In this document: in pieces, positions 1 to 8,318 of the stretch
Layout of the letters: each line of letters starts with the position of its first letter
How positions within the stretch are numbered: position 1 is the first letter of the stretch
IMG/VR virus record: IMGVR_UViG_3300034082_001974
Reading direction: 5' to 3' (one strand)
Source: a virus
Lineage: Duplodnaviria > Heunggongvirae > Uroviricota > Caudoviricetes
Length of the DNA stretch: 64,000 bases
Made by a program: the position numbers and the translations under genes
The notes under the pieces: generated by a model
Databases searched by the model: none
Told to the model about the DNA's origin: nothing
The model's input: the letters and a program-made list of their open reading frames with translations, nothing else

Positions 1-85
1 AATTAACTGCATGATGTTCTGATGTAAAGAACTCCAGATCATCAGGATTAGATTTAGGAGCAACTGACCAGGAAACGAATGCCAT
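1..85 (-). CDS. hypothetical protein, 5' part only (continues past window start)
   Basis: ATG at ~85 with TATACT-type box, conserved leader CTTATACTAAACAAGTCAACCAAACA and the 26-nt intergenic element upstream; open to position 1. Confidence 0.35.
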   Translation of the reverse strand, partial: MAFVSWSVAPKSNPDDLEFFTSEHHAVN

Positions 86-140
86 GACGTTTGTTTGGTT
101 GACTTGTTTAGTATAAGGCACCCAGAGCGGATCTTAGGTG

Positions 141-166
141 CCTCGTGTGCCAGTTCTCAAACTGGT
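141..166 (-). promoter_or_regulatory. conserved ~26-nt intergenic element (minus-strand consensus GGACACTTNAAGAACCGGCACAAGG)
   Basis: copy 1 of >=24. Confidence 0.6.
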
Positions 167-336
167 CTGCTGTTCTTTGCTGCATGAATCAATTCTTCTT
201 CTGACAGAATGTCAATGTAACCATTCGGATAAACACTGCAGAAGTGATCCAGTGCATCATCTGCTTCATCATAAGAAGCATAAACCGCCAGAGTCTCATA
301 TGCATCTGGAGTGATCTCAACGATGTAGTGTTCCAT
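157..336 (-). CDS. hypothetical small protein (~59 aa)
   Basis: minus ORF found manually; stop codon lies inside conserved intergenic element at 141-166; upstream element and -10-like box at 395-422/370-380. Confidence 0.4.
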   Translation of the reverse strand: MEHYIVEITPDAYETLAVYASYDEADDALDHFCSVYPNGYIDILSEEELIHAAKNSRPV

Positions 337-394
337 GAGAGGTGTCCTTTGGTTGACTCTGTAATCATAAGGTACCTACAGGGTCTTCTAGGTG

Positions 395-422
395 CCTCTT
401 GTGCCAGTTCTTAAAGTGTCCA
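395..422 (-). promoter_or_regulatory. conserved intergenic element
   Basis: copy 2. Confidence 0.6.
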
Positions 423-756
423 ATTCTTATTTCCAAACACCAAAATATGACTCCTATGTGATAAGATTAAAATACAAAATCTTATCAGGAATCGTCCTGT
501 TATTTTTTATTTCTTACACTTCTCATCCTAACCGATCTGTTAGAGACTTATAATATGATGTTTCACTGTTTGATTTATTATGTCCTGTTTTATTACGCCG
601 GAGACAGGATATTATGACCAACTCCCTCTTTTTATAATGATCAATAACACATAATGTATCATAAGATCATTTGGTTCTTTTAAGATTGTTACCTCTTAGT
701 GCCGTAGCAAGAGTTCAATTGCTTATCAGAATTAATGTTCTTATGTATCTATTTAG

Positions 757-900
757 TCACATAAACTCTTCAATGAAGTAATCAACTGTAATATCATGAA
801 TCTTACAGAATTCTTCTACATCATCAGGTAGTTTCTCTAAGATCTCTGATGCTGTAAACTTAACATAGAGATCATAGAATTGGGTTTCATCAAACGCCAT
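757..900 (-). CDS. hypothetical small acidic protein (~47 aa)
   Basis: minus ORF found manually; preceded by TTGACA/TAGACT-like sigma70 box ~955-985. Confidence 0.3.
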   Translation of the reverse strand: MAFDETQFYDLYVKFTASEILEKLPDDVEEFCKIHDITVDYFIEEFM

Positions 901-1047
901 AAGTGTTTCTGAAGGGGTTTAGAGGAACTTAAAGATCTTATAGAATACAATTATTCTCAACCGGGACAAACCTAGTCTAGCAGTAACCTGATGGTCTTGT
1001 CAAGCCTTATGTTAATATTACGTAACATAAGGCTCTTATGCTATCTC

Positions 1048-1326
1048 TTACCCCATCACCAACTCAGGAGACTTAGTAATCCTATGACTAAACATAGCAG
1101 TGCATTCAATACTGTAAGGATAAGACTGAGAGTTAAACTCTTGAATCACCTCCCAAGTCTCATGTACACACTTAATGATCACTGCACCATCCATTTCAGG
1201 ATCTTGAAGGTGTGCATTATAAAAATTACAAGCATATCCAATGGAAGAAGAACAAGAATGTTGATTGAAGAAACCATGCTCGTTGTTCCCAAAACCAATC
1301 ACCTTATAAAGCGTTTGAGTAGTCAT
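1048..1326 (-). CDS. hypothetical protein
   Basis: track ORF; conserved element 1385-1410 plus -10-like box and AAGGA RBS upstream. Confidence 0.55.
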   Translation of the reverse strand: MTTQTLYKVIGFGNNEHGFFNQHSCSSSIGYACNFYNAHLQDPEMDGAVIIKCVHETWEVIQEFNSQSYPYSIECTAMFSHRITKSPELVMG

Positions 1327-1384
1327 CGGGTGTCCTTGGGTTACCTGAGTATCTTACACGCCTTCTAGGGTCTTACAGGCATCT

Positions 1385-1410
1385 CTCAGACGGTTCTTAA
1401 AGTGGCACAG
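1385..1410 (-). promoter_or_regulatory. conserved intergenic element (variant)
   Basis: copy 3. Confidence 0.5.
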
Positions 1411-1532
1411 CATACCAGCATAAGGACTTTCTTATGCATTATAGTTCTTATACAACCAAACGAGGTCTGATGTAGGACCAGATGTAAATGATCGTCACTG
1501 AACCTACCAAAAAATAATAAGAATTAAAACAT

Positions 1533-1560
1533 AAAAAAAGGGTTCCTTATGAGGAACCCT
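1533..1560 (-). terminator. intrinsic terminator (GGGTTCCT-TATG-AGGAACCC hairpin + T7 on minus)
   Basis: 8-bp GC-rich stem followed by T-run 7 nt after stop of 1567..1791. Confidence 0.6.
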
Positions 1561-1566
1561 GATGTA

Positions 1567-1791
1567 TCACCAGTTAGATTGGAAGTAATAATCGTTCTCT
1601 TCACAATAATAATAACGTACAAAACAATTCCACGTTGCTTCATAATCTATGCACAACCAGGAAGGAATATTTTCATCACTATTCTCAAGAAACTGCACTA
1701 CAAAATCCTCCACACTATTGAAATAACCTTCATAAACGTCCTCAAAATGCTTTAGATCATCTAGACTGTAGAGTGAAATAAAGGCATCCAC
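1567..1791 (-). CDS. hypothetical acidic protein
   Basis: track ORF; followed by hairpin+T-tract terminator 1533-1560. Confidence 0.55.
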   Translation of the reverse strand: MDAFISLYSLDDLKHFEDVYEGYFNSVEDFVVQFLENSDENIPSWLCIDYEATWNCFVRYYYCEENDYYFQSNW

Positions 1792-1821
1792 AGCAGCAGG
1801 ATCGTGATCATCCCGCAGTTC

Positions 1822-2076
1822 TTAATACTTCTCAAAGTATTCTAGATTTTCTACACCATGTTCTTCGATAAAATCGTAAAGATCACTCTTTGAAGCATCT
1901 GTATTCTCAAGAACCTCAAGAATTGCCTCAAGGTTCTTAGCATATTCTTCACCAAAGTAATCATAAACAGACAGAACTTCCTCAAGATCCCGACCATCTT
2001 CCACAAGATTGTCGATGATCTCAACAATCTCAGAAGGAAGAGTTTCCTTATAGTTGGCGGTGAGAGTGATAGACAT
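1822..2076 (-). CDS. hypothetical acidic protein (start trimmed to MSITLT...)
   Basis: track ORF 1822..2253 extends across the element/-10 module at 2156-2183 and 2120-2130; internal ATG at 2076 fits promoter-leader spacing. Confidence 0.5.
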   Translation of the reverse strand: MSITLTANYKETLPSEIVEIIDNLVEDGRDLEEVLSVYDYFGEEYAKNLEAILEVLENTDASKSDLYDFIEEHGVENLEYFEKY

Positions 2077-2155
2077 TGAAGTTGGTTGGTAGTGTGGTCG
2101 GTTGGTTGCCCTTCCGATGCACTTACTATACGGCATCAGAAGGGCGGTCTTATGG

Positions 2156-2183
2156 GATTTTAGACCAGTTTGCGAGGTGTCAC
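2156..2183 (-). promoter_or_regulatory. conserved intergenic element (variant GACCAGTTTGCGAGGTGTCAC)
   Basis: copy 4. Confidence 0.45.
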
Positions 2184-2380
2184 ATTGCCAGAATAAGATT
2201 TGCGACACGCTCTTCTCCAGGAAGTTCCTCCAAACGATTTGAAACCTCCTCAAACTGTTGCATGATGTTTAGATAATATGCAGAGAGATGTGGATTCTCT
2301 TCATATACAGACTGTTCCTTATCACACAATACACTTATAATGTCTAGAAGTTCACCAGATGTCAGGGAGATGGAAGTCAT
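2180..2380 (-). CDS. hypothetical protein
   Basis: track ORF; stop inside variant conserved element; TTGACA-18-TATATT box upstream (2408-2437). Confidence 0.5.
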   Translation of the reverse strand: MTSISLTSGELLDIISVLCDKEQSVYEENPHLSAYYLNIMQQFEEVSNRLEELPGEERVANLILAM

Positions 2381-2407
2381 GAGATTTCAGTGGTGTGTAA
2401 CAAATGT

Positions 2408-2437
2408 AATATAAGGGTTCTATGGGGGATCTGTCAA
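2408..2437 (-). promoter_or_regulatory. sigma70-like TTGACA-18-TATATT; -35 sits in loop of GGGGG/CCCCC hairpin
   Basis: seen directly upstream of 2180..2380. Confidence 0.35.
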
Positions 2438-2466
2438 CCCCCAGAACCATTAGCAATCCTTATGTG

Positions 2467-2628
2467 TCAGACACCAAAATCCTCTACATATGACTCTACA
2501 CTCTCAGCAGGTTCTAGGTCAAATACTTTCTCAAAATCAATATCCTTGGCATTAAAATCTGAAAATACATTAAACTCCAAGGTTACACGAACCTTTTTCT
2601 TTTGTGCTTGAAGAAATGCAACTGACAT
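2467..2628 (-). CDS. hypothetical acidic protein (start trimmed to MSVAFLQ...)
   Basis: consensus TTGACA-17-TATAGT promoter at 2644-2672 and GGAG RBS place start at 2628. Confidence 0.45.
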   Translation of the reverse strand: MSVAFLQAQKKKVRVTLEFNVFSDFNAKDIDFEKVFDLEPAESVESYVEDFGV

Positions 2629-2643
2629 AAGAACTCCGTGTGG

Positions 2644-2672
2644 TTGATCTGAAGGTACTATACGATGATATG
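2644..2672 (-). promoter_or_regulatory. sigma70-like promoter TTGACA-17-TATAGT on minus strand
   Basis: seen directly; GGAG RBS and ATG at 2628 downstream. Confidence 0.5.
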
Positions 2673-2786
2673 AGAGGTTTGTCAAGGGTGTTGAGAGTAT
2701 GTATGTGAGTCTCATGAGAAATGTGAGTCTTATGAGGTTTTATGTGTATTTTTATGTCCGGGGTCTGGGAAAAATATCGGGCCTGC

Positions 2787-2815
2787 TTGACAAAAATGCC
2801 CTCGTGTGATATAAT
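2787..2815 (+). promoter_or_regulatory. consensus sigma70 promoter TTGACA-17-TATAAT on plus strand
   Basis: perfect hexamers and 17-nt spacer; points toward repeat arrays and HNH gene. Confidence 0.55.
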
Positions 2816-2892
2816 TACTTCCAAGATCACAAGGATCTGAAGGGTATAAGTTACATAAGTTACATAATAATCTGATGAATCTGATGTATTTT

Positions 2893-3050
2893 AAGAACAT
2901 AAGAACCATAATATACACATAAGATTACATAAGAACCATAAGACTACATAAGAACCATAAGATTACATAAGAACCATAAGACTACATAAGAACCATAAGA
3001 TTACATAAGAACCATAAGACTACATAAGAACCATAAGATTACATAAGAAT
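2893..3050. repeat. tandem array of 19-bp AAGAACCATAAGAYTACAT (6 perfect + degenerate copies; 38-bp super-period)
   Basis: direct repeats read in sequence. Confidence 0.9.
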
Positions 3051-3053
3051 AAA

Positions 3054-3116
3054 GTTTTCCACAAGTATAAAGAGTTTTCCACAAGTATAAAGAGTTTTCC
3101 ACAGGTTTTCCACAAC
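3054..3116. repeat. tandem 20-bp GTTTTCCACAAGTATAAAGA x2 plus two partial copies
   Basis: direct repeats read in sequence. Confidence 0.85.
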
Positions 3117-3180
3117 TACAGATTGTCTCCATTTACTACCCTACTTTCACCTATATACAAAAAAGTATGAGAAAATCAAT

Positions 3181-3732
3181 ATGTTTCAGAAGGTCACAAA
3201 GAAGATCTCTGATATTGAAGGTATGGAAAACTATAAGTTCTATTATGTTACCACCGATGGAGAGATCTATTCAACCAAATATAAGAAACCAAGAAGATTA
3301 AAGGAACAATGGTCTAATGGTAATCAATCTTATAGAGTAGTTCAACTCTCTAATGGCAAGGGTAATCACAGATCCTTTTATATTCATCGTATTGTTGTAG
3401 AAGCATGGTTACCAAATCCAACAGACTCATGGGGTATTCAACATATTGACGGAAATGTTGAAAATAATGCTCTATCCAACCTAAGATGGATTGGTAGAAA
3501 AAAGGAAAGAGATGGTCTAATAGGTTTAGATACTGATCAATTAGAATTAAGTAAAGATCTAAGTGATTATATTCGTTTAGTACACGATGCTGCAATTAGA
3601 AAAAACATTCCTGTTCCTGATACATATGAGTTCTTTCATAAAATCTTAAATGAATCATTGAATGAGTACATCAATCGTTATGGTCTCAAGAAGACAATGT
3701 ACCAGATAGAGAATTCAAAAGAAACAATCTAA
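3181..3732 (+). CDS. HNH homing endonuclease (HNH_3-type, ...HIDGNVENNALSNLRW...)
   Basis: HNH motif H-x-D-G-N...N-x-x-L-x-N-L-R; only plus-strand gene; downstream of consensus sigma70 promoter 2787-2815; flanked by repeat arrays; 3' end overlaps convergent methyltransferase ORF. Confidence 0.75.
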   Translation: MFQKVTKKISDIEGMENYKFYYVTTDGEIYSTKYKKPRRLKEQWSNGNQSYRVVQLSNGKGNHRSFYIHRIVVEAWLPNPTDSWGIQHIDGNVENNALSNLRWIGRKKERDGLIGLDTDQLELSKDLSDYIRLVHDAAIRKNIPVPDTYEFFHKILNESLNEYINRYGLKKTMYQIENSKETI

Positions 3733-4119
3733 CGTAACTTGAGAAGGTGTTCCATCAAACTTATAATGATACGTAAGAGCATCTGCTTTTACATAATGAT
3801 CATGATTTACTGATACACCAAGAAGATCACACAATTCCTTATGATTATCTTCTTGATATTCAATTGCATATAACATATGATTCAGAACATGCTCTTCTGA
3901 ATGATACAAACATAAAAGTTCCTTAAGACGCACAATGAAATTACCGGAACCAGCACACAGATCTAAAAACTTGAAATTTGGATTCTTGAGTGTTTCTACT
4001 GGTATTTCTGCTAACATCTCATTGACCAATACTGATGGAGTAAAGACTTCACCAGTATTATCAATTCGGTCTTGAGTTCTTTCAAGACTTGAACCTACAT
4101 TCTTAACCTTTTTTGACAT
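3715..4119 (-). CDS. DNA methyltransferase fragment, C-terminal part (motif X EVFTP, motif I LDLCAGSGNF) of a split beta-class N6A/N4C MTase
   Basis: FTP and FxGxG motifs; begins in +1 frame overlapping end of 4103..4942 at an A6 run. Confidence 0.65.
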   Translation of the reverse strand: MSKKVKNVGSSLERTQDRIDNTGEVFTPSVLVNEMLAEIPVETLKNPNFKFLDLCAGSGNFIVRLKELLCLYHSEEHVLNHMLYAIEYQEDNHKELCDLLGVSVNHDHYVKADALTYHYKFDGTPSQVTLDCFF

Positions 4120-4942
4120 AATACGGATTTGGTATAACTTTTAACATATCACAAACTGTACGGAATCCTCCACTAATTTGACATGCCCTACGATAATTAT
4201 CTGCCTCACTTGAATTCAAATATTCAATAATATCATCTGCTTCTTCTTTTGAATCCACTAAAATGTACATACAATTATCAGACACACCATATTGCCCGTC
4301 ATCATAATACGGATAGAAGTTTCCACCTTCACGGAACACAACCTTTTTCTTTGTTGCTTCTGGTTCTTCTGTCTTATTATAGCATAGATTCAGTTCTCCT
4401 GATGCGGTAGTCTTGTTGATACTCACAAATGCACCATCAAAGGCAATCATTGGATCATAAGTCTTTGAACGGCAAATGTGTCGCCATGCTCTTCCAATTT
4501 GTGGGTTCAGACGAGGAATTGAGGAATCAGTATTCAGGTATTTCTGAAGTAAGTCGAGACTATGATTGGGAATAAAGGGATAGTCACGTAAATCAACATC
4601 AGTCCAGTCTTCAGATTCTTCAAAACGCACCTGTGTCGGTCCTGTACGGGGTGTCTTGTGAAGAACGTACCAGTCATAAGGTGTTCCTGCCTTAAAGGTC
4701 TTTTTACCCTCTACGGCGGAGTGAATGGAGAGTTTCTTTACCTGATTGTCAATTAGCAGATGGCGATGTGGATTATTTGGTTTTCTTAGGCCAGGTGGAT
4801 GTACGGAAATCATCAGACCATTATCTTTTGTCAGTTCATATTGAATCTGAGCAAAATCCCCATAGGTACTACTACCAGTATTATGAGAATCTAAAGAATA
4901 TGGTGGATTGGATATTGTTACATCAAATTGAATTGCGGTCAT
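4103..4942 (-). CDS. DNA methyltransferase fragment, N-terminal part (motif IV NPPY at residues 12-15) of a split beta-class MTase
   Basis: NPPY motif at N-terminus; ORF terminates 17 nt into next frame at GTCAAAAAAGG. Confidence 0.65.
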   Translation of the reverse strand: MTAIQFDVTISNPPYSLDSHNTGSSTYGDFAQIQYELTKDNGLMISVHPPGLRKPNNPHRHLLIDNQVKKLSIHSAVEGKKTFKAGTPYDWYVLHKTPRTGPTQVRFEESEDWTDVDLRDYPFIPNHSLDLLQKYLNTDSSIPRLNPQIGRAWRHICRSKTYDPMIAFDGAFVSINKTTASGELNLCYNKTEEPEATKKKVVFREGGNFYPYYDDGQYGVSDNCMYILVDSKEEADDIIEYLNSSEADNYRRACQISGGFRTVCDMLKVIPNPYYVKKG

Positions 4943-4991
4943 TGGAGTTGTTTATTATAGGGTCGTCTGAGATGTTCCGTGTGTCAGTTGT

Positions 4992-5666
4992 TCAGGTGTC
5001 CATGAAGGACAAAATACTTTCACTTTGCCCATAGATTCTGTTTTTAGTCATTTCAAAATATTCTGTGTTCATTTCAATTCCAATGAAGTTTCTACCACAC
5101 TGCTTAGCAGCAACACCAATCGCACCACTCCCCATACAGGGATCCAATACTGTATCACCAACATTTGAACTTGCCTCAATCAACCTTGACATAAGTTTCA
5201 CTGGTTTAGGTGTGGGGTGATCCTTGTAGTGTTCAATAGAATTACGCCATACGGCAGACTTACAATGCTCATTAAACACCGCTCCAGACTTCTTGGCAAA
5301 TACACAATTTTCAATGCTCGATAACCAGATATGTTGCCCATTCATCGGAGAAGGATTAGTTTTTTCCCATATACAGTGCCTTACAGATAATCCATGATTT
5401 ATCAGGTGACTGCGAATATGTGAAACTTGAACCGAACCACAGAAAATATAAATGCTTCCAGAAGTCACACGAACAACTTCATCGATAAAGTCATCCAGTG
5501 GAAATGTAATAATATCTGCATGACTCTTATCGAGGTTTCTTAATCCACCACTTTTACGATTTACCTCATCATATGGTATATCCGTAAGAGTAAGAGAAAT
5601 GCTCCCGTCAGCAAGTGATGGGAGCACATTCATACAGTCTTCATTGTATAATTTTACATTATTCAT
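4992..5666 (-). CDS. beta-class N6-adenine/N4-cytosine DNA methyltransferase (pfam01555-like; DIPY ... VLDPCMGSGAIG)
   Basis: motif IV DIPY near N-term, motif I FxGxG near C-term, IGIE tail. Confidence 0.8.
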   Translation of the reverse strand: MNNVKLYNEDCMNVLPSLADGSISLTLTDIPYDEVNRKSGGLRNLDKSHADIITFPLDDFIDEVVRVTSGSIYIFCGSVQVSHIRSHLINHGLSVRHCIWEKTNPSPMNGQHIWLSSIENCVFAKKSGAVFNEHCKSAVWRNSIEHYKDHPTPKPVKLMSRLIEASSNVGDTVLDPCMGSGAIGVAAKQCGRNFIGIEMNTEYFEMTKNRIYGQSESILSFMDT

Positions 5667-6291
5667 AGTTGAAAATAATTGTACTTGGACATACCTTAAT
5701 TAGGCGCCCCCAATCAATGGTATAACTAATTGTATCATAACTTTTATTTTTTGCAATCTTGCGGCGGCACTCATTAAGAGGGAAACGATTTTTATCAAGA
5801 CCATTTTTCAATTCTTGACGCATCACAAGTGCTGCTTTTTTATGAAAAGGAAGTATATAAAGTATAGCATCATTAATCTTATGATTGCAAATTGCCCATC
5901 CTTTTACGATTGGTTTTTTAGAATTAAATCGAATATAATCCTGACTTACAGTTTCGGCAAGAAAATCATCCCAAGTTGCATTTGGATCACGGAATTTATA
6001 ATCAAGTGTAAATCCCGTTTTTACAATCCTACGAGTCTTAATACAAATTAGATTGAATGTAGTATCTACTCCTAACCTGTTTTTAAATTTAGATACGCTG
6101 TCATTACCATAATTGTCCTCAAAAGATTCGAAGTCAATTCTCAAACCAAGTTTCTCAAACTCAATATTCAATTGGTGAATGACTTCAAGATGCTCACCAT
6201 TTTCAATGATTTTCTTTTCTTTTTTAATAGATTGTTGAAAATCATGAAGTTTATGATTTTTTAGATAAGGACGCTGAATAGTGTAAGTCAT
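5659..6291 (-). CDS. hypothetical protein translationally coupled to methyltransferase (ATGAATAA overlap)
   Basis: track ORF; 8-nt overlap with MTase start; no recognisable motifs. Confidence 0.55.
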   Translation of the reverse strand: MTYTIQRPYLKNHKLHDFQQSIKKEKKIIENGEHLEVIHQLNIEFEKLGLRIDFESFEDNYGNDSVSKFKNRLGVDTTFNLICIKTRRIVKTGFTLDYKFRDPNATWDDFLAETVSQDYIRFNSKKPIVKGWAICNHKINDAILYILPFHKKAALVMRQELKNGLDKNRFPLNECRRKIAKNKSYDTISYTIDWGRLIKVCPSTIIFNYE

Positions 6292-6399
6292 TGTTGGTCT
6301 TAGGAGATTAGTGCTGATTACCTTGTTATTATAGCAGCAGTTTAGAGACTTGCTTAGGTCTGTTGTGTCAGTTCCTAATGCACCGCAGGAGGTGAGAGT

Positions 6400-6606
6400 T
6401 TAGGTGCATTCAATTACCTCAGCAATAGTTTCAACATCCCAACCTGGTAATATGCTATACATCCATTCCATGTGGTCATCAAATTCAGAATCTTCTAACT
6501 CAAGAACACGATTGATTCGTTCACTTACTGCAAGTGCTTCATCTTTTGTATCAAACTTTAAAAGACAAGTTTGTGTTTCTGTAACTAAAACATCGTAAGT
6601 CATCAA
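6400..6606 (-). CDS. hypothetical acidic protein
   Basis: track ORF; ATGATGA junction with upstream ORF. Confidence 0.5.
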   Translation of the reverse strand: MMTYDVLVTETQTCLLKFDTKDEALAVSERINRVLELEDSEFDDHMEWMYSILPGWDVETIAEVIECT

Positions 6607-6764
6607 TTTTCCTCAGGATAAAGTTTCCAACCATCAGCATAAAGTCCAAGTTCTTCACATCGGACTTCATAGGCAATTCGTTGAAGTAGACGCAGATCCA
6701 TATCTTCCACTGATTTGATGATAGAACGGCGGATTTGCTTGTCCTGGACCGTATCGGTGACCAT
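6603..6764 (-). CDS. hypothetical small protein (start trimmed to MVTDT...)
   Basis: element 6823-6848 and CCCTATAATACA box at 6788-6800 lie inside longer track ORF; ATG at 6764 fits leader spacing. Confidence 0.4.
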   Translation of the reverse strand: MVTDTVQDKQIRRSIIKSVEDMDLRLLQRIAYEVRCEELGLYADGWKLYPEEN

Positions 6765-6822
6765 GTGTGGTGTTCTTGATACCTCTGTATTATAGGGGCA
6801 CACAGGAGCATGTGGAGTGGTG

Positions 6823-6848
6823 TGTGTGCCAGTTTGAGAAGTGGATCA
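6823..6848 (-). promoter_or_regulatory. conserved intergenic element
   Basis: copy 5. Confidence 0.55.
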
Positions 6849-8276
6849 GAAAAGTTTACCGTGTGGTGCAAAAATGTCACTTAATTTACGATTCTTCTTT
6901 AATGAAATGTAGAGCATGTCAGTCCAAAATTCTTTTTGATCTTTTTGCTCCAAAGATTCTGATAAAAACTCAAGTTGCATCAATTTACTGATTGCAATGT
7001 TTTTATTTTTAGTTTCATCTGAGTTGAATAAATCTTCAATGTATTGAGAAAATTCCTTTCTATTTTTAATATCTGTCTTTACTCTTTTACGCTTTATCTT
7101 TACAAATAAAGTTTCATATTTTTTTTGCACTCCTTGCTTTTTAAATTCCTCTAATGTATTTGGATATTTGCTATAGTTATTTTCAAATTTTTTATCTAAT
7201 AAAGTTTCAACCAAATCAACTGGAGCCTTTCCTCCTCTTCCACCTGAATCTTTGATATTACTCTCAAATTTTAAATTTGATATTTTTTTATCTGATCCAG
7301 AGTTACTTTTAATTTGTATTTTATTTTTATCCAGAGTTACTTGAGATTGCTCTACATATTCTTTTGTACCCTTCTGGTACATATTATATTCTATTTCTAT
7401 TTTATCTACATTATACTCATCATCCATATCTTCACTATTTAAGAGAAAATCTTTCATATTTACATAAACAAATCTTGCTTGATTAGCAGTAACCTTTTTA
7501 AGAGAAACTCCAATTAAATATTCTTTTTTTATTAAATTTCTAAGAATATCATTTAATTCTGATAATGTTTGTGTTTTGGGTTTTCCTTGGATTGATTGTG
7601 ATAAGATATCTTTAATTTCAGATTTTTTATCTTTACGAACAATCCATATGTCACTTGGATTCCAAGTTTCATATCTACCAGAATATACCTTCTTCAAACA
7701 GATTTTAATAAATTTAGTAAAATTATCCCCACTCTCTTTATATTCAATTTTTTCCCATTCTTTACCTTTAAATCTTTCTGTTATTTTTTTATTTTGCTTT
7801 AGATAAGATTCAAACCATTCTGTTGGAATATGATTATTATTAAATATCTTTTTTAATTCAAGATATTCTGGATCATTTTTAACATCTTTAAGTGATTCAA
7901 AAGTTACGTTACCAATTAGTGATCTGTTGAAAATCCAAACAGATCCATCTTCTTGAGTTTTGGTAGTGAGTATTGGTGATTGTTTAGTAATAAACTTTAT
8001 ATCAATTTTTTGGGTTACTATTTTACCAGATTTTTTTTCTTTATAGAGAATGGTGATAATTTTATTACTCTTATTTGCATAATTTAAAGTTGCTGTTGGA
8101 TCTATTTTTTTCAAAGTTGCTGGCAATTTAATTAATTTTACAACATCAGAATAAGAACTATCAAACCTAGATTTTGATAGTTCTATATCAATTTCTCCAT
8201 ATTTAATTGAAATATCTACGTTTACATCTGTATAAACCTTATCTTCTAATAAAGTCAATATTTCTTTTTCTTTCAT
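6846..8276 (-). CDS. hypothetical lysine-rich protein (476 aa) in strongly AT-rich stretch
   Basis: long track ORF; local GC clearly lower than flanks; no confident motifs. Confidence 0.6.
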   Translation of the reverse strand: MKEKEILTLLEDKVYTDVNVDISIKYGEIDIELSKSRFDSSYSDVVKLIKLPATLKKIDPTATLNYANKSNKIITILYKEKKSGKIVTQKIDIKFITKQSPILTTKTQEDGSVWIFNRSLIGNVTFESLKDVKNDPEYLELKKIFNNNHIPTEWFESYLKQNKKITERFKGKEWEKIEYKESGDNFTKFIKICLKKVYSGRYETWNPSDIWIVRKDKKSEIKDILSQSIQGKPKTQTLSELNDILRNLIKKEYLIGVSLKKVTANQARFVYVNMKDFLLNSEDMDDEYNVDKIEIEYNMYQKGTKEYVEQSQVTLDKNKIQIKSNSGSDKKISNLKFESNIKDSGGRGGKAPVDLVETLLDKKFENNYSKYPNTLEEFKKQGVQKKYETLFVKIKRKRVKTDIKNRKEFSQYIEDLFNSDETKNKNIAISKLMQLEFLSESLEQKDQKEFWTDMLYISLKKNRKLSDIFAPHGKLF

Positions 8277-8318
8277 GGGTTTAATCCTCGAATTTATTTT
8301 TAATACTTGAGAATGTCT

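Noticed and set aside
991-1368. 125-aa plus-strand ORF
   Set aside because: It is antisense to the minus-strand ORF 1048..1326, which has the upstream promoter and leader module. It has no RBS and the plus strand is otherwise non-coding.
2893-3116. Possible CRISPR array suggested by the 19-20-bp tandem repeats
   Set aside because: Repeats are directly abutting with no unique spacers, are too short, and there are no cas genes. They are interpreted as iteron-like or binding-site arrays.
6551-6880. 109-aa minus-strand track ORF
   Set aside because: It overlaps 6400..6606, 6603..6764 and the promoter module in a different frame, and its composition is not protein-like. Most likely spurious.
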